From IMG/VR virus record IMGVR_UViG_3300030419_006472, positions 32,001 through 96,000 of that record: a stretch of DNA of 64,000 bases; one strand, written 5' to 3'. A program made the translations under genes and the position numbers. Below, piece after piece: positions 1 to 9,194 of the stretch. The first letter of the stretch is position 1, and each line of letters opens with the position of its first letter. Origin of the DNA: a virus. Taxonomy: Duplodnaviria > Caudoviricetes. The notes beneath the pieces are model-generated. The model searched no databases. It had not been told where the DNA came from and saw only the letters and a program-made list of their open reading frames with translations.

Positions 1-167
1 ACATATTAGCAGAATGTATTCAAGCTCATGGTAGAAAAAAATTCAATAAAACTCACGACGGTTCTGGATATACATACGACCAACATTTTACTGGTAAACT
101 ATACCACGAATTTGATGAATTGTTTCCTGAAGATTTGTTTGAGGTTTTAGGATATCAGCGTAAATAA
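1..167 (+). CDS. 3' end of a gene truncated by the window edge, possibly a sulfotransferase C-terminus
   Basis: Frame 3 is open from the edge (ILAECIQAHG...HFTGKLYHEFDELFPEDLFEVLGYQRK*). The HFT...F...LGY tail resembles sulfotransferase C-termini. Confidence 0.4.
   Translation, partial: ILAECIQAHGRKKFNKTHDGSGYTYDQHFTGKLYHEFDELFPEDLFEVLGYQRK
161..166 (+). promoter_or_regulatory. T4-type late promoter core TAAATA
   Basis: TAAATA lies 7 nt before the ATG at 174. The same geometry recurs at many genes, and a gp55 is encoded in the window. Confidence 0.55.
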
Positions 168-173
168 TTTATT

Positions 174-1133
174 ATGATACCATCTACGAACGAGGTTAGA
201 ATAGAAACATCTACTGCTTGTAATGCAGGATGTGTTTTTTGCCCTCATCCTACTGAAGATTTTGTCCGTAAAAGAGAGGTAATGTCCTTAGATGATTATA
301 AATTTTATTTAGATAAAGTATTAAACGAGATAGGGGATCAAATTCAAGAAACTACGTTTTCTGGGTTTGGTGAAATTTTTATAGACAAAGGCATTATCGA
401 AAAGATTGCTTACGCTGGCAAAACCGACCTACTTATACATCTTTTAACAAACGGGTCTATGCTTACCCCAGAACGTATAGACAAAATATATGAAATTGGA
501 GTTAAGGATATAAGAGTAAGTCTTCATACTACAAACCCTGATAGTTATGGTAGAGTCATGCGGTATAAATCTTCAGGATTTGATTTCGATTCAGTCATGA
601 AAAATGTTAATTATGCTATTGAAAATAAACCAGAGGAATCTGATATTATAATTACAGCCGATATAGTTGAGGAGAATAAAGAAGATGTAGAGCAAATGAT
701 TGAATATTTTAAAGACAGATGTTCTCTTGAAGTGTGGTATCCTCATAACTGGGTTTACGGTAAGACTTATAGAGATAAAACTAAAGAAAATACTTTAAAA
801 TCTTGTGGCAGACCGTTTAATGGACCTATACAAATTCAAATAGACGGAGATATAATTATGTGTTGTTTTGATTTTAATAATGAACTGGTCTTAGGTAATT
901 TTAAACGTCAAACATTAGAAGAGATATTCAACGGAAAGGTTTTTCAAGAACTTTATAATCATCATGATAATGGTACCTGCACAAAATCAGATTTTATTTG
1001 TAAAAATTGCGATCAACTTAAAGATAAAAGTGATATTGTTATATATAACAACAGGGTAGAGGATAAACAAAAACGAGCGACACAGACCAGTACGGTATTA
1101 AAAGAACTAAAACCTGAATTGAGTAATGGCTGA
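174..1133 (+). CDS. Radical SAM enzyme with SPASM/twitch domain
   Basis: CxxxCxxC motif (CNAGCVFC), FSGFGE and LTNG, plus a C-terminal CGRPF...GDIIMCC...C..C..C cluster. Confidence 0.92.
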   Translation: MIPSTNEVRIETSTACNAGCVFCPHPTEDFVRKREVMSLDDYKFYLDKVLNEIGDQIQETTFSGFGEIFIDKGIIEKIAYAGKTDLLIHLLTNGSMLTPERIDKIYEIGVKDIRVSLHTTNPDSYGRVMRYKSSGFDFDSVMKNVNYAIENKPEESDIIITADIVEENKEDVEQMIEYFKDRCSLEVWYPHNWVYGKTYRDKTKENTLKSCGRPFNGPIQIQIDGDIIMCCFDFNNELVLGNFKRQTLEEIFNGKVFQELYNHHDNGTCTKSDFICKNCDQLKDKSDIVIYNNRVEDKQKRATQTSTVLKELKPELSNG

Positions 1134-1884
1134 ATATCAAAAGATTTCTGATTGGACCATTTTAAAAAGTGAAGAGGATACTGCCATGGTGCAGCATGCC
1201 AAAGTAGGTATAGATAACTGTGTATGGCATGAGAGATATATAGATGATATTTTATTACCATACTTTTTAACAGGTAAACGACGCACTGTAATTGATATTG
1301 GTTCTAGTTACGGTTGGATGGCTGTTTCTTTTGCAAAACATTTTGATGAAGTAAAGTGTTTTGAAGTTAGAGAGGATATAAGAGATGCTCTTAAGGAAAA
1401 TGTTAGTAGATTTTCTAATGTGGAAGTTTTTGATTGCGGTGTAAGCAGTGAGGAAAAATATGTTAGGGTAAATAAGAAGAAAGTTACAGGAGTAACTCGT
1501 ATTGCCCAGAGACGATTTAGCGACACTGGTGCACCAATTATAGGTAAAGATGAATATGTAATAGAAAAACCGCAACATAAAAACGGTATTCTAGTACGTC
1601 CGCTTGATAGCTATAATTTTGAAAATGTGGATTGTATAAAGCTTGATATTGAAGACCATGAATATTATGCAATACTCGGTGCTCAAGAGACTATAAAAAA
1701 ATGGAAACCAGTATTAATTCTTGAAATATCATTTATAAGAAGGAGACATTTAAGTTTCTTTAAACCTAGACAACGCATATTTAAATTACTAGACGACCTC
1801 GATTATCAAATAGCAGATATAAGAGGCGGTGATGTTATTTTTACACATAAGAATCTAACTCACTATGATGCGTTAGGCCTGTAA
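1126..1884 (+). CDS. FkbM-family SAM-dependent methyltransferase
   Basis: VIDIGSSYG, CFE, LDSY, DCIKLDIEDHE and GAQETIKKWKPVLILE motifs. Confidence 0.9.
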   Translation: MAEYQKISDWTILKSEEDTAMVQHAKVGIDNCVWHERYIDDILLPYFLTGKRRTVIDIGSSYGWMAVSFAKHFDEVKCFEVREDIRDALKENVSRFSNVEVFDCGVSSEEKYVRVNKKKVTGVTRIAQRRFSDTGAPIIGKDEYVIEKPQHKNGILVRPLDSYNFENVDCIKLDIEDHEYYAILGAQETIKKWKPVLILEISFIRRRHLSFFKPRQRIFKLLDDLDYQIADIRGGDVIFTHKNLTHYDALGL

Positions 1885-2788
1885 CTTCGATAGTTGTGTT
1901 TTCTTTTCTATCTATCCAAGATTTCTTACATTTATCTTTTAAATATAAGCGTATATATCTTCTTTCCTTTCCTACTAAATGTATGTTATTATATATAGCT
2001 GCATTACCCCATACAACATCCTGTTTTTTATGAGATTCGAGCTCTTTTTCTAACTTATTTACAGAGTCAAAAATAAGTGTTCTTAAATACGTTTGATACC
2101 AAGTATTAAACAAATAATACGCAGCAGATCTCGTTGCAGACATAGTGTTAATATCATACCTAATATTTTCATATATACTTTCACCTGTTAGTGTTACTCC
2201 AGGTATATATTCTTTTAATTGATGGTTTTTAAATCCGTTTAATTCCTGTACAAATTTTCGTATTTTTAAATTTGTTACTAATGCAAAATTTGTATTTATT
2301 TTATCTTCAGGAATAATGTAATTATCAAGTTTATCGCTATTGCTATAAATATAATCCGTTTTCGTTCTTATGACAACATCGTATTTAAAATTATTTTCTT
2401 GTTCATATTCTTCCATCAATGAATATGCTCTTTTATTACTAAACCATTGACCGAATTCATACCGATATTTGTCTTTTACAGCCTTAAGCAATATTTTATC
2501 ACTAACCAAAAAGGTATTTAAATTTTTAAACAAAAAAACTAAATTATCTAATTCAGAATAATCTTCAATTTTATATTTTTTAGGTTCTAAATAATGTATA
2601 TATTTTTCTAAATTATCATCAGTTGTATAATCTTTAGTTTTTTCGCATTGAGGTGAAAATCCTACAACGTTCCAAAAATGTATAAAAAAATCAACTTGTA
2701 CATTAGGAATATTAAACTCTTCTTTTATTCTTTTATATGTTAAATTTAGAAATCTAGGTTGTGCGCATAATAAAACAGCTATTCTCAT
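1841..2788 (-). CDS. Putative glycosyltransferase, 'IAxxxxGxxR...YDxxIRxRxD' family (paralogue 3)
   Basis: MRIAVLLCAQPR, DFFIHFW and YDVVIRTKTD; homologous to the two upstream ORFs. Confidence 0.65.
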   Translation of the reverse strand: MRIAVLLCAQPRFLNLTYKRIKEEFNIPNVQVDFFIHFWNVVGFSPQCEKTKDYTTDDNLEKYIHYLEPKKYKIEDYSELDNLVFLFKNLNTFLVSDKILLKAVKDKYRYEFGQWFSNKRAYSLMEEYEQENNFKYDVVIRTKTDYIYSNSDKLDNYIIPEDKINTNFALVTNLKIRKFVQELNGFKNHQLKEYIPGVTLTGESIYENIRYDINTMSATRSAAYYLFNTWYQTYLRTLIFDSVNKLEKELESHKKQDVVWGNAAIYNNIHLVGKERRYIRLYLKDKCKKSWIDRKENTTIEVTGLTHHSELDSYV

Positions 2789-2790
2789 GA

Positions 2791-3621
2791 TTAAAGTACC
2801 TCCAATTTAAATTGATTAGTTCTACCTACAAACCGCGGATGACTTTGGTGAAGAATCGGCCATACTCTATGTATGTTAGTATGATATAAAATATAATTTG
2901 CTAGTTCAGCGTGACTACTACCTTTCCATACTGGGACTTTATTAGTATACATACCCATACCTATAGGTATTTTAGGAAAATGTTCAAACATACTATTAAA
3001 AACAGTAGCGTTACCTAGCAAGTAAACATGGTATATCCATGGTTCTTTTCTACCTGGAACAAAAGACATTCTTTCTACAAGCAATGAATCTCTTTCAGTA
3101 ATATATTTACAGTAAAATTCTAATGTTCTATTAGTAATTGACTGATCATCAAATAAACAATCAGTTTTTACAATGAGAATTAAATCATATTTGTCTTTAT
3201 TTTTAATTACGTTAAAGCTCTGAGCCATACTGTATAATTGTGAGAAAGATGGAGTGTTTGAGTACTTAACTGCAAGTTTTATATCTTCACTAGACATAAA
3301 TTCATTACTAGGGTTGAATTTATCTATATATTTGTCAAGTACATTTTTATTTTCTATTTTATAATTTATAGGTTGAAGTACGTTTAATAGTTCTTTATGC
3401 TGTAGATTAGATTTAATAACACAGACATCCTCTAAATCTGCTTTATTTTGTATTAACTCAATCATATTTCTACATCTACGAGTAATATTATCCCATAAAT
3501 GAAAATACACATCTACATTAAATTTATTTTGATCTAAATTTTTAAACTTTTCAAGATTTTTTGCAGCGTTATTTTCCCAATTTCTCGCCTCACCATAAAA
3601 AGTTATAGCTATATTATACAT
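2791..3621 (-). CDS. Putative glycosyltransferase, same family (paralogue 2)
   Basis: IAITFYGEAR, DVYFHLWD, SNTPSFSQLYS and YDLILIVKTD. Confidence 0.65.
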   Translation of the reverse strand: MYNIAITFYGEARNWENNAAKNLEKFKNLDQNKFNVDVYFHLWDNITRRCRNMIELIQNKADLEDVCVIKSNLQHKELLNVLQPINYKIENKNVLDKYIDKFNPSNEFMSSEDIKLAVKYSNTPSFSQLYSMAQSFNVIKNKDKYDLILIVKTDCLFDDQSITNRTLEFYCKYITERDSLLVERMSFVPGRKEPWIYHVYLLGNATVFNSMFEHFPKIPIGMGMYTNKVPVWKGSSHAELANYILYHTNIHRVWPILHQSHPRFVGRTNQFKLEVL

Positions 3622-3625
3622 ATTT

Positions 3626-4486
3626 TTAATAATGACTATATTTTCTTTTTTGCTCGTTATAATAAGTTGGCATTTGATGCAATTTATATTTTAACGCATT
3701 ATGTAAGTGTCCGTGGACTTTGACTTTAGCATGATTTAAAATTAAATTCATAAATACTGTGTGATCGTTCGTGACGCTTAAATGAGGACCCCCTCTATAA
3801 TAATATAAATCTGGTATAATTTTTTGCGGGTAATTTTCCCATATATTTTTACCTAATGTTTTTGAGTTACCAAAAAATAATGAAAACTCAGGTATAATTA
3901 AAGTTTTATGTTTTACGCTCCATACTTCCATATTAGGTAGAAATATTTGTTCTTGAAAATTTGATCTTTCAGATACTTTTTTAATATGCGCAAAGGTAGG
4001 ATGACACCTAAATTCTACATCAGTTCTTGTTTTAATAATTAAATCGTATTTAATATTATTCTTTTCTTCATATTCTATTCTCATTAATTGATTCTTACAT
4101 AAACTATGTAATTGAGAATAACCAGGTGTATTAGAGTAGTAAATTTGATTTTTTAATATTTCTTTTGTATCATATCTAGGATTTGGTTCATTTAAATTAC
4201 AAACATAATCCCATATGTAATCTATTTCTTCATCCATTTCTTTTTTATCACCTAAATGACCTACAGTAGAAGGATATAATTTTTCTATCTCTTCTGCGGT
4301 TACATACTCTACAAATGGATCTTGAGATTTATGATTACGTTGACGTTTAGTAACATGATCCCATATATGATAAAAAACATCAACACGTACATCATATCCC
4401 TCGACAGCTTCTCTAAATTTTCTAAGACTTTCAGCTCCTATTTCTTTCATCCGCGGCTCGCCGCATATACATATTGCTATATTCAT
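3626..4486 (-). CDS. Putative glycosyltransferase, same family (paralogue 1)
   Basis: IAICICGEPR, DVFYHIWD, SNTPGYSQLHS and YDLIIKTRTD. Confidence 0.65.
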   Translation of the reverse strand: MNIAICICGEPRMKEIGAESLRKFREAVEGYDVRVDVFYHIWDHVTKRQRNHKSQDPFVEYVTAEEIEKLYPSTVGHLGDKKEMDEEIDYIWDYVCNLNEPNPRYDTKEILKNQIYYSNTPGYSQLHSLCKNQLMRIEYEEKNNIKYDLIIKTRTDVEFRCHPTFAHIKKVSERSNFQEQIFLPNMEVWSVKHKTLIIPEFSLFFGNSKTLGKNIWENYPQKIIPDLYYYRGGPHLSVTNDHTVFMNLILNHAKVKVHGHLHNALKYKLHQMPTYYNEQKRKYSHY

Positions 4487-5136
4487 AGTGATTTTAAATA
4501 TTTTTCGGCAACAACAAAGTCTTCATGTGTATCTAAATCAATACACTCCGCTCTATCGTTAATTATATAAAAATACGGAGTAGCACCTACACGACATCTA
4601 AACCTATCATACGCACTTTTCGATATACCATATAAACCGGTTGTCTCCTTTATAACAGGTGTAGCGTCTTGAGATCTAGGTAAGATATTAGGCTGATAAT
4701 TTACAGGATGATCTTTATGCCAAAACCACCCAAATTCTTCTGTAGCTGTAAGTATAGAATCATGCTTTGAACTATGAGTTAACTTATGTACACATTCTCT
4801 AATAGTTTCTGGCTTTAAAAACGGTGCTGTAGCATATAATTGAAAGTAAAAATCGTAATGCCCTATAAAATCTATATCATAGTGAAAGACATCATTACCA
4901 TTTGCAGTGTCTAATGTGAGTTCAGGTTTACGTTTAATGCATATTACCTGATTTTTTACACAATAACTATTAATCTCAGGACTATCAGTATCTACATATA
5001 TATCATCAAAACATTCTGCTTGTATACAATGATCAATAATATACTGATATAAAGGCTTACCTCCTAAATCTTTAAAATTCTTATCCTTTACTCTAGTAGA
5101 ATTACTTTTAATTGGAATTGTCGCGCATACTTTCAT
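4483..5136 (-). CDS. Acylneuraminate/ulosonate cytidylyltransferase (NeuA/KdsB family)
   Basis: IPIKSNSTRVKDKN, VDTDS, ATAPF, PRSQD, ET.GLY and IDLDT..DF motifs. Confidence 0.88.
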   Translation of the reverse strand: MKVCATIPIKSNSTRVKDKNFKDLGGKPLYQYIIDHCIQAECFDDIYVDTDSPEINSYCVKNQVICIKRKPELTLDTANGNDVFHYDIDFIGHYDFYFQLYATAPFLKPETIRECVHKLTHSSKHDSILTATEEFGWFWHKDHPVNYQPNILPRSQDATPVIKETTGLYGISKSAYDRFRCRVGATPYFYIINDRAECIDLDTHEDFVVAEKYLKSL

Positions 5137-6508
5137 AATTAGATATAAAATTATTCAAATCCTCCGGAGTACCTAGACCCCACATTTTCGGTACATCAAA
5201 AATTTTAATATTTTTTCCATCTTCTATAGCTTCGTTAAACACAGGACAAACATAAAATTCATTATTTGTCCTAATATTTTTATCTATCATTTGCTCAGCA
5301 TATTTTACATAATCAGACCCTTTAGACCAATAATAAATACCAACCGTAGCAATATTAGATATAGGTTTCTTTTCGGCGACTTCTGTAACAAACCCATTAT
5401 CTCCTAATCTTGCATAACTCCATTTAGGATGTGTAGATTTAAAAGTTAAAATACCACCATCTACGTTATCTCCGACCATAGAATACATAAATTCATTACT
5501 GTCCCAATCTACATATTGATCAGAATTAGCCATAATTAACGGTTTATCATTATCAATAAACTCTTTAGCTAATAAAGTAGTACATGCTGCTCCCTCTGTT
5601 ATACCTTCAACTTGTACAATTGTGCATTTCGGTGCTATGTTTTCTAGTACTGTTTGTAAATGATATTTGTCATAATGAGATTTTTGGACAATAAAAATAT
5701 AATTGGCTTCAATATTTAAATTGTCCACCACTGTCTGTATCATCGGTTTACCGTTTACATCAACTAACGGCTTTGGAAAGGTGTAACCAGCTTTTTCAAA
5801 CCGTGTACCAGCACCAGCCATGGGAATTAATACATTCATATCACCACCTAACCATTTAGGTTTTATTTCTTCCATAGTCTTATCTTTATTTTTAATAAAA
5901 TTAGTTATATAATTAAATGTTACCTCTTCTGGCCCTGTTACAGGACACAGATGTGAACCACTTCTAATAGCTCCTTTTCTCCCGGTATGTGAATCTTCAA
6001 CAATTACAGTTTCATCTGGATTAGTCTTTGTATGTATCATACATCTCATATACATTTCTGCATTAGGTTTACAGAGAAACACATCTTCATTAGTTAATAC
6101 ATAATCACAATACTTAAGTACCCCTATTTTATCAAGACATGTCCATACTGTTCGACGTATTGCATTAGATGCAATTGATATTTTTAATCCTTCATCTTTT
6201 AAAAATTTAAATAACCGTTGTAAATCTAAATTCTCTTGCAAAGATTGAAGACGTTCTGTTGTAAATTGTTGTTTTAATTGCCAAATTTCATCATACTTGC
6301 TCTCTGGAAGCTGCTTGGCCTTAGTTAACAATTTAAGTTTTGCGGTAGTTGTATGACCGTCATATGAAGATAGATGCTCTTCTCGAGAAATAACATAGGA
6401 CTCACCAATTGAACGTAAGGCATCATTAAATGCGTAATAATGTAAATCTCTACTATCTAGTAAAACACCGTCAAGATCAAAAATAACGTGTTTTATATAA
6501 TTGTACAT
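5108..6508 (-). CDS. HAD phosphatase fused to a sugar-phosphate nucleotidyltransferase
   Basis: N-terminal FDLDGVLLD...KP...EDS..G (HAD). C-terminal IPMAGAGTRF...PKPL, EGAACT, EKKPIS, NNEFYV and GLGTPEDL. Confidence 0.88.
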   Translation of the reverse strand: MYNYIKHVIFDLDGVLLDSRDLHYYAFNDALRSIGESYVISREEHLSSYDGHTTTAKLKLLTKAKQLPESKYDEIWQLKQQFTTERLQSLQENLDLQRLFKFLKDEGLKISIASNAIRRTVWTCLDKIGVLKYCDYVLTNEDVFLCKPNAEMYMRCMIHTKTNPDETVIVEDSHTGRKGAIRSGSHLCPVTGPEEVTFNYITNFIKNKDKTMEEIKPKWLGGDMNVLIPMAGAGTRFEKAGYTFPKPLVDVNGKPMIQTVVDNLNIEANYIFIVQKSHYDKYHLQTVLENIAPKCTIVQVEGITEGAACTTLLAKEFIDNDKPLIMANSDQYVDWDSNEFMYSMVGDNVDGGILTFKSTHPKWSYARLGDNGFVTEVAEKKPISNIATVGIYYWSKGSDYVKYAEQMIDKNIRTNNEFYVCPVFNEAIEDGKNIKIFDVPKMWGLGTPEDLNNFISNYESMRDNSN

Positions 6509-6914
6509 AGTCGGAGCAAATACCCTTACAATTATAATTAGGAGGATTTTTCGAATTATCTACAATAATGCAATTTTCTGAAGCGTATTTACCTGGATAC
6601 GTCCAAATAAACCGCTCCGAAGTAATAGTATATTGATCTGTTTCATGCCAAAAGCAATGTATGTTACGATTTTTTAACATCATCTGTAATGCTTCTAAAT
6701 TTTTAGCATGACACCATAGATGAGGATGTTCAAGTGCATACTCCTTAATACGAATTTTCGGTTCATCATGTCCTAATAAATATTCACCGTTTATAAACCA
6801 AACATCTATCTCGCAATGAAATCCTAAGTCTAATACCGTTTGAATTTGGAGAGGTTTATTCTCTAATTTAGAATTTTTACCAGTTAAATTACCTCTATGA
6901 GAGATTAAAATCAT
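6477..6914 (-). CDS. Small GDPD/PLC-like phosphodiesterase-fold protein
   Basis: ISHRGN, EN, EIDVW, LGHD, WCHAKN and GICSD motifs. Confidence 0.8.
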   Translation of the reverse strand: MILISHRGNLTGKNSKLENKPLQIQTVLDLGFHCEIDVWFINGEYLLGHDEPKIRIKEYALEHPHLWCHAKNLEALQMMLKNRNIHCFWHETDQYTITSERFIWTYPGKYASENCIIVDNSKNPPNYNCKGICSDYVQLYKTRYF

Positions 6915-7591
6915 TTTACATCCTCGATCCTCTTTATTCCGTCAATAAGAAAAAGTGTATCCATTGATAAAGCTAAAAACTCTGAATCCCTGTAAATGTC
7001 TAATTGATCTTCAATATTTTTAACTATGTGATAACCAAGTTTATTTCCGACTTTCGATTTTAATTTTTCTATAGCTGTTTTATATACAGGGGAATCAAAA
7101 TTACCAACACATCCTAAGCTTGCAGATAAATCATATGGTCCAACCATAAAATAATCAAAATCTACTTCTGCGATAATGCTTATATTATCTAAACCTGCCC
7201 GTGTTTCTATTTGAGCTACAACTATAGGGTCACGTTTTTTAAAATCTTTATTACCCCACTCATTCTCTCTGACTAACCCTTGCCCTCTACTACCTTTAGG
7301 TGGATAGAAACAGTAATCATAATACTCTTTAGCTTTAAAATAATTCTGTACTGTTGAAAATATAACTCCTGATACACCAGCGTCTAAACTCATTCGAATA
7401 ACAGTCTTATCTAACCAAGTAACTCTAATAAAACATAATTTGTTTTTAAGTAAACATACCTGTATACAGGTATACAGCGTCTCATTATTAAAGCATCCAT
7501 GTTCAAGATCGAAGACTACTCCGTCAAGTGTAGAGTTACATAATATCTCTGTAATTGTTGGACTAGGAAGTTGTTGCCATAAGAGTCTCAT
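6911..7591 (-). CDS. HpcH/HpaI class II pyruvate aldolase
   Basis: DLEHG, LDAG, YPPKGSRG, AQIET and VGPYDLSASLG. Confidence 0.92.
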   Translation of the reverse strand: MRLLWQQLPSPTITEILCNSTLDGVVFDLEHGCFNNETLYTCIQVCLLKNKLCFIRVTWLDKTVIRMSLDAGVSGVIFSTVQNYFKAKEYYDYCFYPPKGSRGQGLVRENEWGNKDFKKRDPIVVAQIETRAGLDNISIIAEVDFDYFMVGPYDLSASLGCVGNFDSPVYKTAIEKLKSKVGNKLGYHIVKNIEDQLDIYRDSEFLALSMDTLFLIDGIKRIEDVK

Positions 7592-8264
7592 TAATTTTTA
7601 AACACTCCTGCCAGTTATCTTCTGTGTCAATATCAAAATTCTCAGGATGATCGACTTTAAAGAAAGCTGGATTTTTACCTACCCTATTTTTAATAGTAGT
7701 AAATACACTTTTCTTAAACATATAAAAAGCAGAATTCTCTTCATACAACGTTGGAAGTGATTGAGTTTGTTCTAGTTTTAGAGGGTTATGATTTACAGGA
7801 CAATAACCATATTCTTCCTTTCTCCATAAACGAGAATTTATTAAATTACAACTAACAACAGAATCACACTTATCATTTTCAAAAAACTTATACGCCTTCT
7901 CTAAAGTTTCTAATTTAAGGAAAGGACTAGTTACATGAATTTGACATACAACATCGCTAGGCTCTATAACTGTTGACGTCTCCGCTCCTCCACGCCACAT
8001 CCCGTTTAAAAGATTATCAATAAGCTTATTTACTGATACATCGTTACCACATAAATAATGAGGTCTCTTAAGAGTAACAACATTCCTTAAATTAACATCA
8101 TTACGAATATTATGAATTATTTCATCACTATCCGTATCAACAAAAACCCTATAATCTTTTAATTTGTAAAGTGTATGTTTGTAAAGAGGTAAACCGCTTA
8201 ATTGCCGAAAATTCTTACCAGGTACTCTCTGAGATTCATGTTTAATTGGTATAAAAATCTTCAT
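7563..8264 (-). CDS. Second acylneuraminate/ulosonate cytidylyltransferase
   Basis: IPIKHESQRVPGKN, VDTDS, HVTSPF, TQSL, EENSAFY and DIDTEDNW. Confidence 0.88.
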   Translation of the reverse strand: MKIFIPIKHESQRVPGKNFRQLSGLPLYKHTLYKLKDYRVFVDTDSDEIIHNIRNDVNLRNVVTLKRPHYLCGNDVSVNKLIDNLLNGMWRGGAETSTVIEPSDVVCQIHVTSPFLKLETLEKAYKFFENDKCDSVVSCNLINSRLWRKEEYGYCPVNHNPLKLEQTQSLPTLYEENSAFYMFKKSVFTTIKNRVGKNPAFFKVDHPENFDIDTEDNWQECLKINETLMATTS

Positions 8265-8300
8265 CCTTCTATATATAATTACAATAGTTTGTCAAATAAT

Positions 8301-9194
8301 CTATAACAAATAATTTTTACCTTTCAAGTCTTCTATATCTTTTTCGAAATACAAATATTTTATAATAGATTTAATTTTAGATTTTGTTATATCAGGTGGG
8401 TTATTAATAAGTTCCGCTGGCCACGCCTTAACCCACTGAGATTTTTCTGGTTTTTTAATCCATGTACCGTTCCATTTATTAAAAAAATACATCCAAGCAT
8501 ATTCTTTATATATACCAGATCTAGTTTTCCAAATTTCTTGATGCTCGGAGTCATCTGCTCTTCGCTTTAACGTTTCATCTCCTCTAAAACCTTGTTCTTT
8601 AACAAATACTCGATCAGCTACTGTGTCTAATTCAAGAGCATCAGTGTTATTCAATTCAATACCATGTAGGATGTCATTAATACACGATTTTTCTTTATTA
8701 AAAATTAAAGCTCGTAACCAATAATCTGCTTCTTTATACTGTACTCCAAAGAAATTTTCATCCCAAATGCCAATCTTCTTAACAGCTGCTGGTGTATAGC
8801 TTACTAAATTATCGCCAAACTTACCTACGATAAAATTATACTTCTTATGCATTTTTAAAAGATTACTACACCAGTTAGGATGAACACTTGTATCATTTTG
8901 CATTGTGACTAGATACTCACAATCTGGTTTATTGAGATCTTTAAACCCATTAATTAAAGCTTGGTTCCAATTTTCAGCTAAATTACCGTTAGACCAATCT
9001 GGTCTAAGGACGTTATGTAATACATTAACTTTGTCTTTAAATTGCGAATTAAGTTTAAAGTCGGTATGATTGTTAATTATATTAACTTCTGTATTTGGTA
9101 TTTGAGAGAAATCAGATTTAAATAATTTTTCTAATGTATCATTTAAAACATCTGATCTCTTATACGTTACTATATAAATCTTGAGTTTTTTCAT
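8301..9194 (-). CDS. GT-A fold (GT2-like) glycosyltransferase
   Basis: IYIVTYKR, IINN, WNQA, QND and IGIWDENF...EADY. Confidence 0.75.
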   Translation of the reverse strand: MKKLKIYIVTYKRSDVLNDTLEKLFKSDFSQIPNTEVNIINNHTDFKLNSQFKDKVNVLHNVLRPDWSNGNLAENWNQALINGFKDLNKPDCEYLVTMQNDTSVHPNWCSNLLKMHKKYNFIVGKFGDNLVSYTPAAVKKIGIWDENFFGVQYKEADYWLRALIFNKEKSCINDILHGIELNNTDALELDTVADRVFVKEQGFRGDETLKRRADDSEHQEIWKTRSGIYKEYAWMYFFNKWNGTWIKKPEKSQWVKAWPAELINNPPDITKSKIKSIIKYLYFEKDIEDLKGKNYLL

